From NCBI RefSeq assembly GCF_964355755.1, contig NC_092678.1, positions 24,879,365 through 24,943,364 on the forward strand: DNA of 64,000 bases. The letters are read 5' to 3'. Shown here piece by piece: positions 12,147 through 27,900 of the stretch (positions within the stretch are counted from its first letter, which is position 1; the number at the start of each line of letters is the position of its first letter). The notes below the pieces were generated by a model that was given only the letters and a program-made list of their open reading frames with translations, was not told the DNA's origin and ran no database searches. A program made the translations under genes and the position numbers. This stretch comes from Antedon mediterranea. Lineage: Eukaryota; Animalia; Echinodermata.

Positions 12147-15100
12147 TCAGCACAATTGTTCTTTTTCTGGGTGTCCTTCAGGTGGTTCATCCGTAAGAGG
12201 CACAACCCCCTTGGATTCTGCCAACTTGCTTTGATTCTTATAATAACCAGAGGAAACGCTTCTGTAAAATAATTAAATCATATTTGTCAAATACACAGAA
12301 ATAAAATTTGAAACATAACAATAAGTACAAACAGTTATGTATAACAAATTTTATTATTTACAGTGAGGGCATAACCTCAAGTATATCTACAGTGAAACCT
12401 ATCCTTTGGGCCATATTCAGTCTACAATATCGTCATGGATTTGAGAATCACTCTTAGTGGTGGAACAAGTTTTCTCGAATAAGGACTACAAAGCGTAGGT
12501 CCAGTGTACACAGTTTGTACTTTAAAGATCTAAGTTTAAATAGTGCAGTTGGCCAGTGAACTGGCTTAAAAAAAGCTCCTGTGTCAGAGGAATTACAACC
12601 TACCTACAACTTAGCTTTGGAATTTTGGTATATTATATTTTAAGATGGTATATTCATTGCTTGTGAAACTGGGTGAGTGGGAACACAGGCTTTAAGTCAT
12701 AGTGATTAGGTTCGCTTTTGTGTCCCATGCCAGCTCACTCAGTTGGTTCTATTGTTAACTGGGTGAGTGGGGAACACAGGCTTTAAGTCATAGTGATTAG
12801 GTTCGCTTTTGTGTCCCATGCCAGCTCACTCAGTTGGTTCTATTGTTTTTTTTGTATGTCGTGATTTTCATGTATTTTATATTTGGCAATAAAAGAATAA
12901 GAATAAGAATACTATAGGACAGTGAATAATTTACTCCTTGGCCATGTGCCTAAAGACTTATAATAGACGAAACGAAACAAATAAATTGAAAGAAGGGCAA
13001 TATCATATGTTTATGGCCAATCGTGATTCAGGAGACAAAAGGCGCCAAAAGTGACCCTATGCTACGTTCTACTGTCTGTAATAATGTGTACTTACTTATA
13101 CAATAAGCATTGTGTAAGGAATGCTACAAATAGAAAAACACAGCAGCTTTTAAAGATGGCCGCCATTGTCAAATCCTGTAGCAGTATCACTATCACCAAC
13201 AGATTTAATGGAATCCTATAGAAGTTCATGATTGTTGCACGAGCTGAAATAGAATAGCATTTGGTTACAACATTTTAGATACAGCTTATTTCTATGTATT
13301 GTGAAGGTAGGTCCAGTGTACACATCTAGCTCATGTGCACTTTAAAGAACCTAGTACATCTAGTAGGGGGTTTCCGCTAGTACATCACAGCCACTGATCA
13401 TAAATGTCTTTGACTGAAGAGGTCATTCAGTATAAATAAATAATAAATAAAATAAAAATCGTCATCACTTACCCTCTTCTGGGAGATATCTTTTACGCAT
13501 CTCCATTAGGGCTGGCCAGAAAATACCAATACACATTTCAAACACAAGAAACCCAGTGTAAACAGCAGGTTGTTGCTAACCAAAATATTAAACAAATTAA
13601 TTAAAAGCAAGATTTTTAGTATGCAACATTCATTCAGTTTCTATTTTAGAACTAAAAATTGCAAATTTTCCAACCGAACAAGCCAGTAAAAAAGCCTACT
13701 CTAAGACGACCACAGTAGACACTTACCTCTGGCCTAAATATTGGAACGGCCAATCCCACCATTGCAACAAGAAGCACGACACGCATGAACGACTCGACAG
13801 AGAAAACTTTGTTTAAAAGTTTGAAAATTGATGATCCTATCATGACTGCCACCTTAAAAAAACATTTACAGTTTTATTTATTTATGAATCCTATGAAATC
13901 AATCCATCAAAATCAGTCAATTAAAATCAAAATTAATCAATCAATCAAAATCAGTCAAACAAATCCAAATGTTTTACCATAAAGCTGGCGAAAATCCATC
14001 CATGAGGAATTAATGGTTTATCCATATCAATATTTAATTTTGACTGGGTCAATTCTAGGGCTGGAGTCCACTCAAGAACGAAAGTATACATGGCCCCTTC
14101 AAACAGTGACTGTACTAGGCCTAGGTACAATATAACAGGGTCTAACAAACAAATACAAAACACACGTAGTAGATATAAATAGTAATAATATTAATTTTAT
14201 TACAAATTACAGAAAAAAAGGACATTTATACATTATTTTTTGGAGAAAATAAATTAACTATAGTAGTAGACCTAGAATAAAAATGTAAGCACAGAGAAAA
14301 CTCAACCAAGCGCCCAAGATTGGTTTATAAAACTATTAGTATATCAGCTTGCTTGGGCAAAAAAAAATGCTTTTAACAGCAAATTCAAGTGTTTATTACG
14401 AATATATACTGCTGCTTACCATTTCGAATTGATGAGAAAGCTGATGAAAATGAAGTCATAACATTAGCTGAAGAGTCTCCATAATTCTCAGTCCATGACG
14501 TGATGATGACAATTATTAAAATGATAAGTACGACAAGAGACACATCAAAAGGCGCTCTGCAAAAATAACGATGTTGAAGTTATAATACTCATATAGCATG
14601 CTGTAATAATACAACATACATACTGTAATGACCCAGTGGTCTAATGGTATGGCATATAAAGCAACAAAGTTTAGGTTCAAATCTTGTTAATTACCCACCA
14701 AAGTTAGCGGTAACTGTGCTTATGAAGCAAACATACTTGGTAAAAGCATAAACTAACTCTTAAGCTTGGTTTGCTTTAGGACGCAACACAATTTGACCAA
14801 TCACAACACAACGGATCATCCACTCTGTCGCCTGTGATTGGTCAACTCACTGCGCTACATTGTTGTGTTGTTACTTACACCATGCCATACATGTCTGAGA
14901 AACACTGAGCAACAACACCAGATATGATGGCTACCAGAGAGTTGCCTAAAGTTTGTAGGGCAAAGATTGAAGTAAGATGCTCGTCAGGAAAACCACGCTT
15001 AAAAAGAAACAGCAGGAGTGGTTACCAAGAAACGAGCAAGTGAGGTGAGTGAAGCATATGAGCAAAAAATATAATCTACATGTGGAGGGGTAAAAGTGGA

Positions 15101-17955
15101 TATAGAGAATAGGAGCTTTCTATTGCAACGGCCTACTGTATGCCTTAGCCTGGACGCATTATTTGCTTTCCTATCCAATTAAGCCAGAAATCATGAATAA
15201 TTCATTAGAATAATTATGACATAATATGGCACATTATAGAGGGTGCTATATAAGTATGCAGAGAGAGAAATAATTTGTGTAAACAGCGGTCGCCAACAGA
15301 AATGTTTGGTCTAGTGGTAAAAGGCTTTAACCTATTACGCTGGAGCCCTAGGTTCAAGGTCTTTCAAGAACATGTTTTTTTTAATAGTTAAGAGAGATTA
15401 TTTTAATAGAGGGTTAGGTTTAGTATATTTAGGAAGCAGATCAGCTATCTTTCAATTCTTTGTAATAGAAAATAATTAAGGTTTCTGCCTTAATTGGATA
15501 GGAAAAAAAATGCTGCCTGGACATAGGATGGTCAAAAGAGTGTCAAGGAATTAACAAGTTCATAAGTCATAGGTCAGGGCATTACTCTGTGTCACCTCAA
15601 AAGAGTACAATCATGGCACATTTTACGCATCATGACTTTCAATTCACTGTGCATATGTTCGGTGAAACAGTTTAGTAATACTGTACTAACATACCTTTTT
15701 GTGCTCACAGACAAGCCACGCCTCAAACGCACTAAACAATAACGATGTAGCAACTCCTCCCAGAAGCCGGCCGACCATTAATATGTAGAAATCAGCAAAA
15801 TGTTTGGTGATACAGGACAAGCCATACAGGATGCAGTACAAAATGCAATTGTTTCTTCTTCCACTATAAACAATAAACAGATAATGATTGTAAAGCCTGG
15901 TTTCCTGTCGACGTTATTAGACGTTATCGTTAAAAATAATCGGCGATCTTCTACGTAAACATTAACATTTTAACGATTTACAGGAAAAGGTACTCGCTAT
16001 CGTTATCATTTCAACTTAATCGTTTTCAAACGATCGTCGTTGAACTATCAACGAAGATAGCGTCGAATACGTCGACAGGAAAACAGGCTTAAAGCTACAA
16101 TCAGTTCTTTTTTGTACCTATCAAACCCCATGTGTTTACCGAAATTATTAAAACAAAAATAAACAAATAAATACCTGCCCTAGTTACTGTACAGAATATG
16201 CTCTATTTATGACTTTATGTTATCAGTCTTTCTAGACTGATATATTTTTATATTTTTATTTTTATATTTTTGTTGACAAATTACAATAAAAACACAAAAC
16301 ACTCAAATTATGTTAATTATCTGAACAAGTTAATCTTAGGTTTACAATAAAAAATAAAATGTGTACAAACAAAAAAATACAGATTAAATTCTTCTCATTT
16401 GCAAAACAGATTAGAGATATCATAATATGCACACAAAGTAAATAAAATATAAAAACACCTGTTATTATACAATGTACTGTATAAAGAGCAGCAGATGTTT
16501 TGTTATCTCCCAGATGCATCCATATGTATGTAACTTATTACAGTTTTATGGCATGATATAGTAAATTGATTTAAACATGCAAGATATACTGAAAAAAGAG
16601 CAGCCTGACTGTTTGAAAAAGACATTAGGATATTAATTAAGTTCTTGACTTCAGAATACTGTATGATTGTATCATGGACATATAAATAGGTCCATGATTG
16701 TAATGTAATATAATTTGTGGGAGATTTTGCTGTATTAAAGACTCTACTCGCTTGGTTGATTGAATATCACAGTTGTTTATTCAATAATACGTTATAATAC
16801 ACAATAATTATAAAGAAACAGTGATGCTGGACCTTTCTGGGGCAAATTGGTGAACTCAATTGAATTGCAATAAAATGATTTTTATAAATCTATATCATTA
16901 CATTACAGTCATTTGGAGTCTTTTGTCAGACTTCAACAATTCCTCCTCTGTTGTTTCCTAATTAACTGGTATTTAAAAAAATTGATAATTGTTTGGCTAC
17001 TGCGAAGAAGATTTGTGTCAGAGAGCCAAGTTAATTGGTCAGATGGTAGGCCCCTCTGACCCAGTTGTACTGTGTCCTCAGTAGTACAGTCAATTATGTC
17101 AGAGGAGCCAAGTTAATTGGTCAGATGGTAAAGCCCCTCTTGTCCCAGTTGTACTGTGTCCTCAGTAGTACAGTCAATTATGTCAGAGGAGCCAAGTTAA
17201 TTGGTCAGATGGTAGGCCCCTCTGACCCAGTTGTACTGTGTCCTCAGTAGTACAGTCAATTATGTCAGAGGAGACAATACTTACTATTTATCTGCGAATG
17301 AACCAACAAACGTTCCAAATAACATACTAGCACCAAAGCCTGCCACAAATAGCTGCTGGATTTGGAAAGTTGTCATCTCATACTTAGCATAAAGCGCATA
17401 CATGTATGGGCCCTGTAGCCAATCAGCAACTGGAATTTGATAATAATAATAATAATAATAATAATAATATGATGATGATATATTAATGATATGATGATGG
17501 TATATGGTGATGATATGATAATGATATGATGATGATGATGATATGATGATAATGATGATAATGATGATAATGATGATATATGATGATGATATGATGATGA
17601 TGATATGATATATGATGATGATATATGATGTAATATAATGATATAATGATGATGATATGACAATGATTATATATGTCTGATGATATGATATGATAATGAC
17701 TCATTTCAGCCACTTTGGAATGTATAGTATTATAATTTATTACATACAGGTATTAAAAATATTTTAAATATACATAATACAATTGATTGATTAAAAATAA
17801 AATGAAGGCATACCCATTGCAAGTAGATAAACCGGCAGATATGTCCATTGAAATGTTTTAAAGGCTACATCTCCAGATACTGGTACAATAGAGTGTGAAA
17901 ATAAATGTAAAAGCAATCCGACAACGCAGAGGGCTATAGCTGTGTAGATGAACAT
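12147..17955 (-). CDS. MFSD5: Molybdate-anion transporter (MFS domain-containing protein 5), about 10 coding exons
   Basis: Spliced translation contains ADWLQGPYMYALY, LFVAGFGASMLFGTFVGSFADK, GRLLGGVATSLLFSAFEAWL, QSLFEGAMYTFVLEWTPAL, PHGWIFASFM and RATIMNFYRIPLN. ATG at 17955, TGA at 12147. A probable non-coding first exon ends at a donor near 18543. Confidence 0.9.
15147..15522. mobile_element. TIR-bounded element containing a tRNA-like segment
   Basis: TTCCTATCCAATTAAG(C/G)CAGAAA inverted at about 15168-15190 and 15482-15503; internal TGGTCTAGTGGTAAAAGGC...GGTTCAAG. Confidence 0.5.
15894..16090. mobile_element. MITE
   Basis: TIRs AGCCTG(G/T)TTTCCTGTCGACG...CGTCGACAGGAAAACAGGCT flanked by TAA on both sides. 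Confidence 0.75.
17017..17272. repeat. About 85-bp tandem repeat, 3 copies
   Basis: GTCAGAGGAGCCAAGTTAATTGGTCAGATGGTA...CAGTCAATTAT repeated three times. Confidence 0.9.
17440..17700. repeat. (AAT)n/(ATG)n-derived microsatellite
   Basis: Visible simple repeat; it explains the His/Ile/Ser-rich spurious ORFs at 17373-17713. Confidence 0.9.
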
Positions 17956-20900
17956 CTTGGATTCAGGTCGTCTTATTCTAGTCTTAAAACAACAAACAAA
18001 AGAATTATACGTAGATAATAATTCCTTGACTTAATAATATAATAAGTTTTATTTAGGCTGTTCACAGAAATGATCGGGACATTCATCAAATTGGCCCAGT
18101 TTTTAAAACGTTTTTTTTAAAGCCTGATATTAATATTTGCTGAGCGGAAGAGTTCAATATAAGTTAGTAGCCTACTACTTAAATACTATAGTAGAATAGA
18201 AGGTCTACACCGTGGTTACACTACCTACCTAGTACTACACTAGGGCCTACACAGTAGTAGTAGTAGCCTAGGCCTAGGCCTAGAGATAGTTGCAGCAGTA
18301 TTACCGTAGAAATAGGGCGTAGGCCTAGGTAGAGTAGTATTACTAGCTAGCTAGGCCTATTTTATAGTAGCAGGGCCTTAAATAAACAGGCTCTAGCCTA
18401 GTAGGCCTAACAGAGCCATATATAGAGCTCTATATAATAATGGCTCTGAGGCCTAACTAGCTAGGCCGCCCTCAGTCTAGCTAGCTAGACTAGGCTAGGG
18501 TGTAGGCCTAGGCCCTTAAAACAATAATGTAATGTGCACTTACATTTATTGATGAAACAGTCACAAAACTCGGCTTCTATAAAATGTTTACGTTTACTAC
18601 GCCTCACCTACGTACAAGACATACAAGCATTATTATATTAATTTAATGAAGCGCAACCTATTTATATAAAATTATATTATTTATGTATGGTGCCGCCGGT
18701 CGGTGTGTAAATGTTATTCTCATCAGAGAGAGATACGGGAACCATAAAGATAGTGGAGTAGTTATAGAGGGGGTAGTTGTGTTTTTTGCTGCTATCATAA
18801 AATTATTGTTGAAAATCAACTAATATTTGTTTAAAAACTACTTACTGTATTAAGAATTTAATGAATAATAAATAAAAGATGTATACATGGGGAAATAGAT
18901 TATTCATTTGCTATCGGATACAGGAACTATTTGAACTGGTTTACCAACACAGCAGGGTTGGAGGGGGTTTTTTTGGCCTTAAAAATTGTCGAAATCAACT
19001 TTTGTTCATTTTATAATTTTTGTTTTTTTTATTACCGTAATCTTAGTTTAAAAGCAATAAGTGGTCTATCCGTGAGGCAGTGCTAGAATACACTAGTTCA
19101 ATAAATATCTCATGAATAAATAAAAGGTACGTGTGTCTTATGGAAATAATCAGTTCCGCTATGAGACAATCGGTACAAAACAATCGACTACCGATAGGGG
19201 GGGTAGTTGTGTTTTTTGTTGCCGTCATACATTATCGAAAATCATATGCCGTACTAAATTATTAATGTACTGTAAAGTATTGAAAAGCAGTGAGTGGTCT
19301 ACTCACGAAAGGAGACGCCAGAAAATAATTATTCAGTTTTATAACTCCAAACTAAACAAATAAACATAAACAATAATTGTTGAAGTAAGCATTTCTTCAT
19401 GACGTTTATTTTTCACACAGAATACCGAGAACAGGTTGAAATATTTCTACAACAATCTAACGAGGCAATACGTTGCCAGAAAAATTACAGATTCTTCCTG
19501 TAAATATTGCCCCACTCAAGAGTATTTTGTTAAAACCCTACTGATGGATATCGACGGAATGAGAAATGATCTGTAAACCAAAATATATTGGTTATAAATT
19601 ATTAAACATTAATATCGCTACATATGCTCAACAGTATTATATCTATAAACCAGTTGCCTACTGAAAATCAACATATTTGAATCAACGTGTTATAAATCTA
19701 CTTCCAAAACTACGTATATTCCTATATTAAATGACAAAATATAAAAATAATAAAAGCAATAACAGGATCTAGATCGGAACCTAGTGATAGTAAATTGGTA
19801 TCCACATTTACTGTAGTGCATACATAGGCTTACCTTAATTTTCTGTACAAAAAAGCAGTATGTAATAATAGTAAGATAGTTTTTAAATAACCACCAACAT
19901 GCTTACATACAGTAAGCTGTCTACACTATTAAGTTTTAAAGAAAAATGTGCCCAAATATGGTAGAGATATGACATCATATTCATATATGGGCACATTTTG
20001 TGTCGCATATAAAGTTTGATAGTGTGGACAGAGCTTTAGGTTAGAATATATAATAAAAGATTCAAAGAGAAACAAATACAGTCATTTCAAGGGTCTTGTG
20101 AAGGATAATTTGAAAAATTAATACACTCGTAAATTCCTAATTTCCAGAATTTATATTTTCTATGCACAAAGTGTAAATAGGAGAAGAATATGAGAGAAAA
20201 TAATTGTAATTTGAACACCAATAACACTTTCTGGAAAGAGTGCAGAATGTCAAAATCACAATTGTATAGAATTCTAAAAAGAATATATTGCCAAATAAGC
20301 ACTATAGATACTATTATTGATTTGCATCAACTTACAACAATAAAAAAAATGTTTATCACATTTGTATATATTCAACAGTGCATAATTATGGAATTATATG
20401 GCTTTAACAAACATTTGTCTGGTTAACAAATATTAAATACAAAGACAGCTGGGTGGATAAAATGATACTTGCTCTAGAGGAAACATTTCACAAGAGATGA
20501 TAATGATTACAATGTTCTCTACATAAAGGTTAATCCAGATTATAACCATTGCTTCCAAATATTATTCCTTTTAGCTGAATTATACGCAGTTTACATGTAC
20601 TACAAGAAATGATATGTCTCCTAGTAACGCAAAGCTATGAATAAGAGACAATAATTAGCATCTAGGAGTAGGTGGTTGCCATGTCCCAAGACCTACAGTA
20701 GTATTGTATATACACCATCCCCGGTGAACAAGTGGACTAGGTGGTTGCCATGTCTTAAGACCTAGTAGTATTGTATATACATTATCCCCGGTGAAGAAGC
20801 CTTCATACAAAGTTCAGACCAGCAGCCTTCAATGGTCCCATAGCATGTGGGATGACGTGCACATGGAAAAAAATATACACAAAGAGGTCATGGCAACAAC

Positions 20901-20977
20901 AACAACGTATAAGGAATAAAACCTTAGCGCTTTGTGTGTTGGATAAAATTAAAAAATTACAGAGCACTTGAAACTGA

Positions 20978-23631
<2,654 letters not shown>

Positions 23632-24238
23632 TTAATCTTCTCTATTCCTAACATATTACCATGATATATTACCTGTCTAAATCTTTCCTAACAGAAACGC
23701 AATACTTGTTCATGTTTCCAGAGGTCTAGAGCGAACTTTATTATTTATGATAATTTACTGCTTTGTTTAACTGGGTTTGCATTCCCTTAATCCATCTGTG
23801 TAGTGACTTAGCACGCATCCCTCTTTTTAAGTGCATAAATTATTTTACTCATCACTAACTAAATCTAACCACTGTAAATTGCAATTACTCTATGGTAAGT
23901 ATTTTATAATTTATCATACAATTACTAGGGCGCCTAATCCTGCGCCACGAGCATCCATCCGATTGTTGATACTGGTGCGCAATAAATGACAGAATTTTTT
24001 TCCAAATAGAACAGAATATGATGATCATCATTTCACCATGCTGGTTTAAGGCTTCTAATTTAATTCCATGTTTTTGTTTTGTATTTCGTGTAAAAATCTG
24101 CAAATAGCAAGTCGATTTTTGGAATGACCACTTCCAGGTCAATGAAACTAGTTTTTTTAAGTTTGATTAAAAATTAAATAACATAATAAATAATAAATTA
24201 CATGTTAATGATTAAAAATCCAATAAACCATCATAGAA

Positions 24239-26821
24239 GGGTCATTCCATCTCAGATCACCCAATGAGTTAAACCCTACCTCTTCCAATTTTGATGAAAT
24301 TTGGTATATGGGTGATTCATAGCAATTAAAGCCAAAATTTCAAATTTTAACTTTATCGGACCAACGGTTTTCGAGATATCGCAATTTCAATTTTCGGTTT
24401 TTACGCAAAAAAGGGCGCATCCGCCACGTTTCAAAGAGCTGTATCTCGGGAACTATAGGTTCGATTTTAAAAGCAAAGGTATTTTTGTAAAGGGGAGACC
24501 ATAAGGAATCTAAATATACTAATTGTGTGTGTTTTATGTTAATTTTAATTTGAATAAAACTTTGACATATATTTTGACCTTGAAATTGACCCTGTGGAAC
24601 ACGCCCGATTTGTTGGTGACTATCACGAAAAATGTAGCCCTATGTGTCAACTACAACATATAAAAAAATTGGAGGGGTTTTTTTCTTTGTTTCCATGAAA
24701 TTACAATTTGAAGTTGACATACCTCTTCCTTTTAGTGTATTTTTGGTGTATGTCCATGCATTACTTCAATGTCAATTTGATGTATTCCAAAAATAATTTT
24801 ATTTACAAACTAAATATAAATATTATAATGTTAAATTGTCTATGTCTGGCCTTTACTCCTTGTCATCTGGCCAATTCAAACAGTATTTAGAAATGTTGTG
24901 GCGATCATTTTGGGAAATACTGTAATTCCTAGTCGAAGAGGATTTTATAAACGGAGAGGCTATAATACAATGTATATTTGATTCAGAAATCCAACAACAG
25001 TCTTCTTTGGACGGCCAATAAAAGGTTTTCGCTGGCCCATGAGGATGCATAAATTTAATTTGATAATCCCCAAACTCTTCTGAGACATCCACAACCAAAA
25101 CAATCCATGGGACACCATCATAACTACAGCACACAAAATTCTGAAGTCTAATAATGGTGGGTTGTGTATCAGCAACAATTTCATTTTCATCACTGAAAGA
25201 TTCTTGAATCACTACCACATCCGGAGGGTTTATCTGGGTACTAAGTTTGTAGACCTGCATCTGTGCCAGAGAAACGGGAACAATGATATTGTAATGTACC
25301 CTTGATGGTCTGGGCGAGGTTGAATCTCGGCTTTATTTTTTTTTCCACAGTAGATACCTCATCTATTCCCACATGAAAAATGTTGATGCCTGGAATGTCC
25401 ATATGAGTGAGTCATATGGCCGAGCGCTTAAGGCAGGGGCGCCGTTTACTGTACCTAAAGAGCCAACAACAACATCGGCAAGGGTTCGAGGCCGACTCGC
25501 TCCTAGTTCTGGTGGTGGAACAAGTCTTCTCGGATAAGGACTATAAACCGTAGGTCCAGTGTACACAGTTATAACCTGTGTGTACTTTAAAGAACCCAGT
25601 TCATTATTCGAAAAAGAGTAGGGGGTTACCCCGGTCAACTGGTTCACACAATAGCCCCTGTATCAGGGGGATTACCACCTATCTGATAGGACAGTGATTA
25701 ATTAACTATTGGTAATCCTTGGCCACATTGCCTAAAGACATAAAATAAAAATAAAAAATTACACAGTAGTCGAACATACTAAGAGATGTGAGAATATGAC
25801 ATTCAGTCAAACGCTGATAAGCTTCTCTTAGTGACAAGCCTCTTAACTGTTCCACCTATGCCATCACAATCACATGCACTCTTGCCATGTGATGTAGCGA
25901 AAAAATTCCACTCGGCGCCGCGTCTAAACCAAAATCTTCCTGGTGGTGGCAAAGGTTAATAAAGTTATATTTGTTTTTGTATTGGCCGCCACATCCATCT
26001 GTGAAATACTGAACTTTTTTCATGGTTGGTAGTTTTGTTTTTAAATAGGGGATGACAACCTTTAAAAAGGCATATACAGTAACTGTTGTATGTTCTCTGC
26101 AATCACTTATTATGCATATGTTAATGTGCATAATAACATAGTAAGGACACTAAACTATGTGTCAAAATTGATTTGAAAAGTATGTGAGTTACCCAGTATT
26201 TCTCATATCAAAATATATCTACTGTTTAAGTGGGCCTGATGAGAAAGCGTAACAATAAGACACCTTAACAGTTAGTGTTCACACTGTGTATAAGTATAAC
26301 AACACCAACAATACACTGAAAGGAAGAGGTATGTCAACTTCAAATTGTAATTTCATGGAAACAAAGAAAAAAACCCCTCCAATTTTTTTATATGTTGTAG
26401 TTGACACGTAGGGCTACATTTTTCGTGATAGTCACCAACAAATCGGGCGTGTTCCACAGGGTCAATTTCAAGGTCAAAATATATGTCAAAGTTTTATTCA
26501 ACTTAAAATTAACATAAAACACACACAATTAGAATATTTAGATTCCTTATGGTCTCCCCTTTACAAAAATACCTTTGCTTTTAAAATCGAACCTATAGTT
26601 CCCGAGATACAGCTCTTTGAAACGTGGTGGCCGCGCCCTTTTTTGCGTAAAAACCGAAAATTGAAATTGCGATATCTCGAAAACCGTTGGTCCGATAAAG
26701 TTAAAATTTGAAATTTTGGCTTTAATTGCTATGAATCACCCATATACCAAATTTCATCAAAATTGGAAGAGGTAGGGTTTAAAATTCCATTTTTTTTGGG
26801 TGAACTGAGATGGAATGACCC
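24239..26821 (-). mobile_element. Internally deleted Sola2-like DNA transposon in the RhoA 5'-UTR intron
   Basis: Near-perfect TIRs of about 500 bp (24239-24750 and 26300-26821) with GGG...CCC termini and a 4-bp TSD AGAA on both sides. Transposase remnant ISDCREH...YFTDGCGGQYKN...(frameshift)FFATSHGK...GGTVKR at about 25800-26131 and a C-terminal remnant at 24853-25360. Confidence 0.85.
25403..25758 (+). mobile_element. tRNA-headed SINE with a Deu/Nin-like core, nested in the Sola2 element; related fragments at about 12455, 13307, 50945-51900 and 58627
   Basis: A-box TGGCCGAGCGCTTAAGGC, B-box GGTTCGAGGCC, core CTCGGATAAGGACTATAAACCGTAGGTCC...TAAAGAACCC...AGAGTAGGGGGTTACCCCGG, A-rich tail. 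Confidence 0.75.
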
Positions 26822-27665
26822 AGAAAATGTATTAATAAAATTCTTCCTCAACAGTGTGTGATATTTAATGGATAGAAATCAGACAACCAAATGATATAAT
26901 TTTGTGTATTTTAATTCTTTTTATGAAAATGCAGGTGGAATGTTACATGTAATGTAGGTTGTCGCTGATAATATGGAATGACAAATTAGTTAAAGTCCTC
27001 AGTAAAGTATTCACAGTGTGATTATTGATAAGGTCCAACACTGGTTTTTCAATGAATGAAGTGCACCAAACCAAACAACAAAAACACACTCAAAAACTAA
27101 AATATAAATGCAACAATAAAACAAGCTTCACATATTTCCTTTGAATATAAAATGTATTTTCAAACAAACATTTTTACGTAAGCTATAAAGTACAGATTTA
27201 GGTGTAATAAGGAGCCCCACCCATAATTAAAAGTACAACTCATTCATTTGTTGATACACCACAAGCCACCATTTTGTTTAGAAATAATCAGCAGTTCAAA
27301 ATGGCGGCCTCCATGACCACTGGATCAAGACGCAAATGAAAAGCGAGTTTAACTCTCTAAATGACCATATAGTTCATTCAAATCATCAATCACCCTTGCA
27401 AACTATCATAATAAACTGTATTATTGTGAAAATAATGACAATGAATTTTGACAGGTGTAGAATATATGCCGTACAAAAACAATCACCGCGCCACCACCGC
27501 CGATCGCCGTCCGTCGCTTCCGGGAATATATAACACAATTCAGATTAAATTTACACCAATTCATATACGTTATCATTAGGTAAACTAAAGCTCGATGTAT
27601 AGCCAAAATCCTACTCTAATGGCTGGTGTTATTCAAGTCCCTGTATTTCATTTCTAACTACTCAC

Positions 27666-27900
27666 CATAAACTACTTTAGCACTAATCGACCAGGAAACA
27701 AACACCCCGTTACACTCAAAACAGTTGCCCTTCTTTCCCCCGATGTTGGAAAATTACCGTTGATGACAATATGGCCACACCTCAATAAGCCCTGGAGGGG
27801 ACTCTGCATTGAGCAATACAGATACCCCTGAATGAATGACATCATCACCGAGAATGCTGGGAATCAATGTAAGTAGTCGTCCATGATTGGTTAAAACTCC
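27666..27900 (-). promoter_or_regulatory. Probable RhoA non-coding first exon and promoter region
   Basis: GTGAGT donor (ACTCAC at 27660-27665), matching acceptor at about 23513 just upstream of the ATG, CCAAT boxes upstream, YY1-like AAAATGGCGGC at about 27298. Confidence 0.45.

Noticed and set aside
17373-17713. His/Ile/Ser-rich ORFs
   Set aside because: Translation of an (ATG/AAT)n microsatellite within an MFSD5 intron.
25403-25503. tRNA genes here and at about 8452, 8655, 15305, 54172 and 58627
   Set aside because: A and B boxes are present but there is no proper cloverleaf or anticodon arm; each continues into SINE or repeat body.
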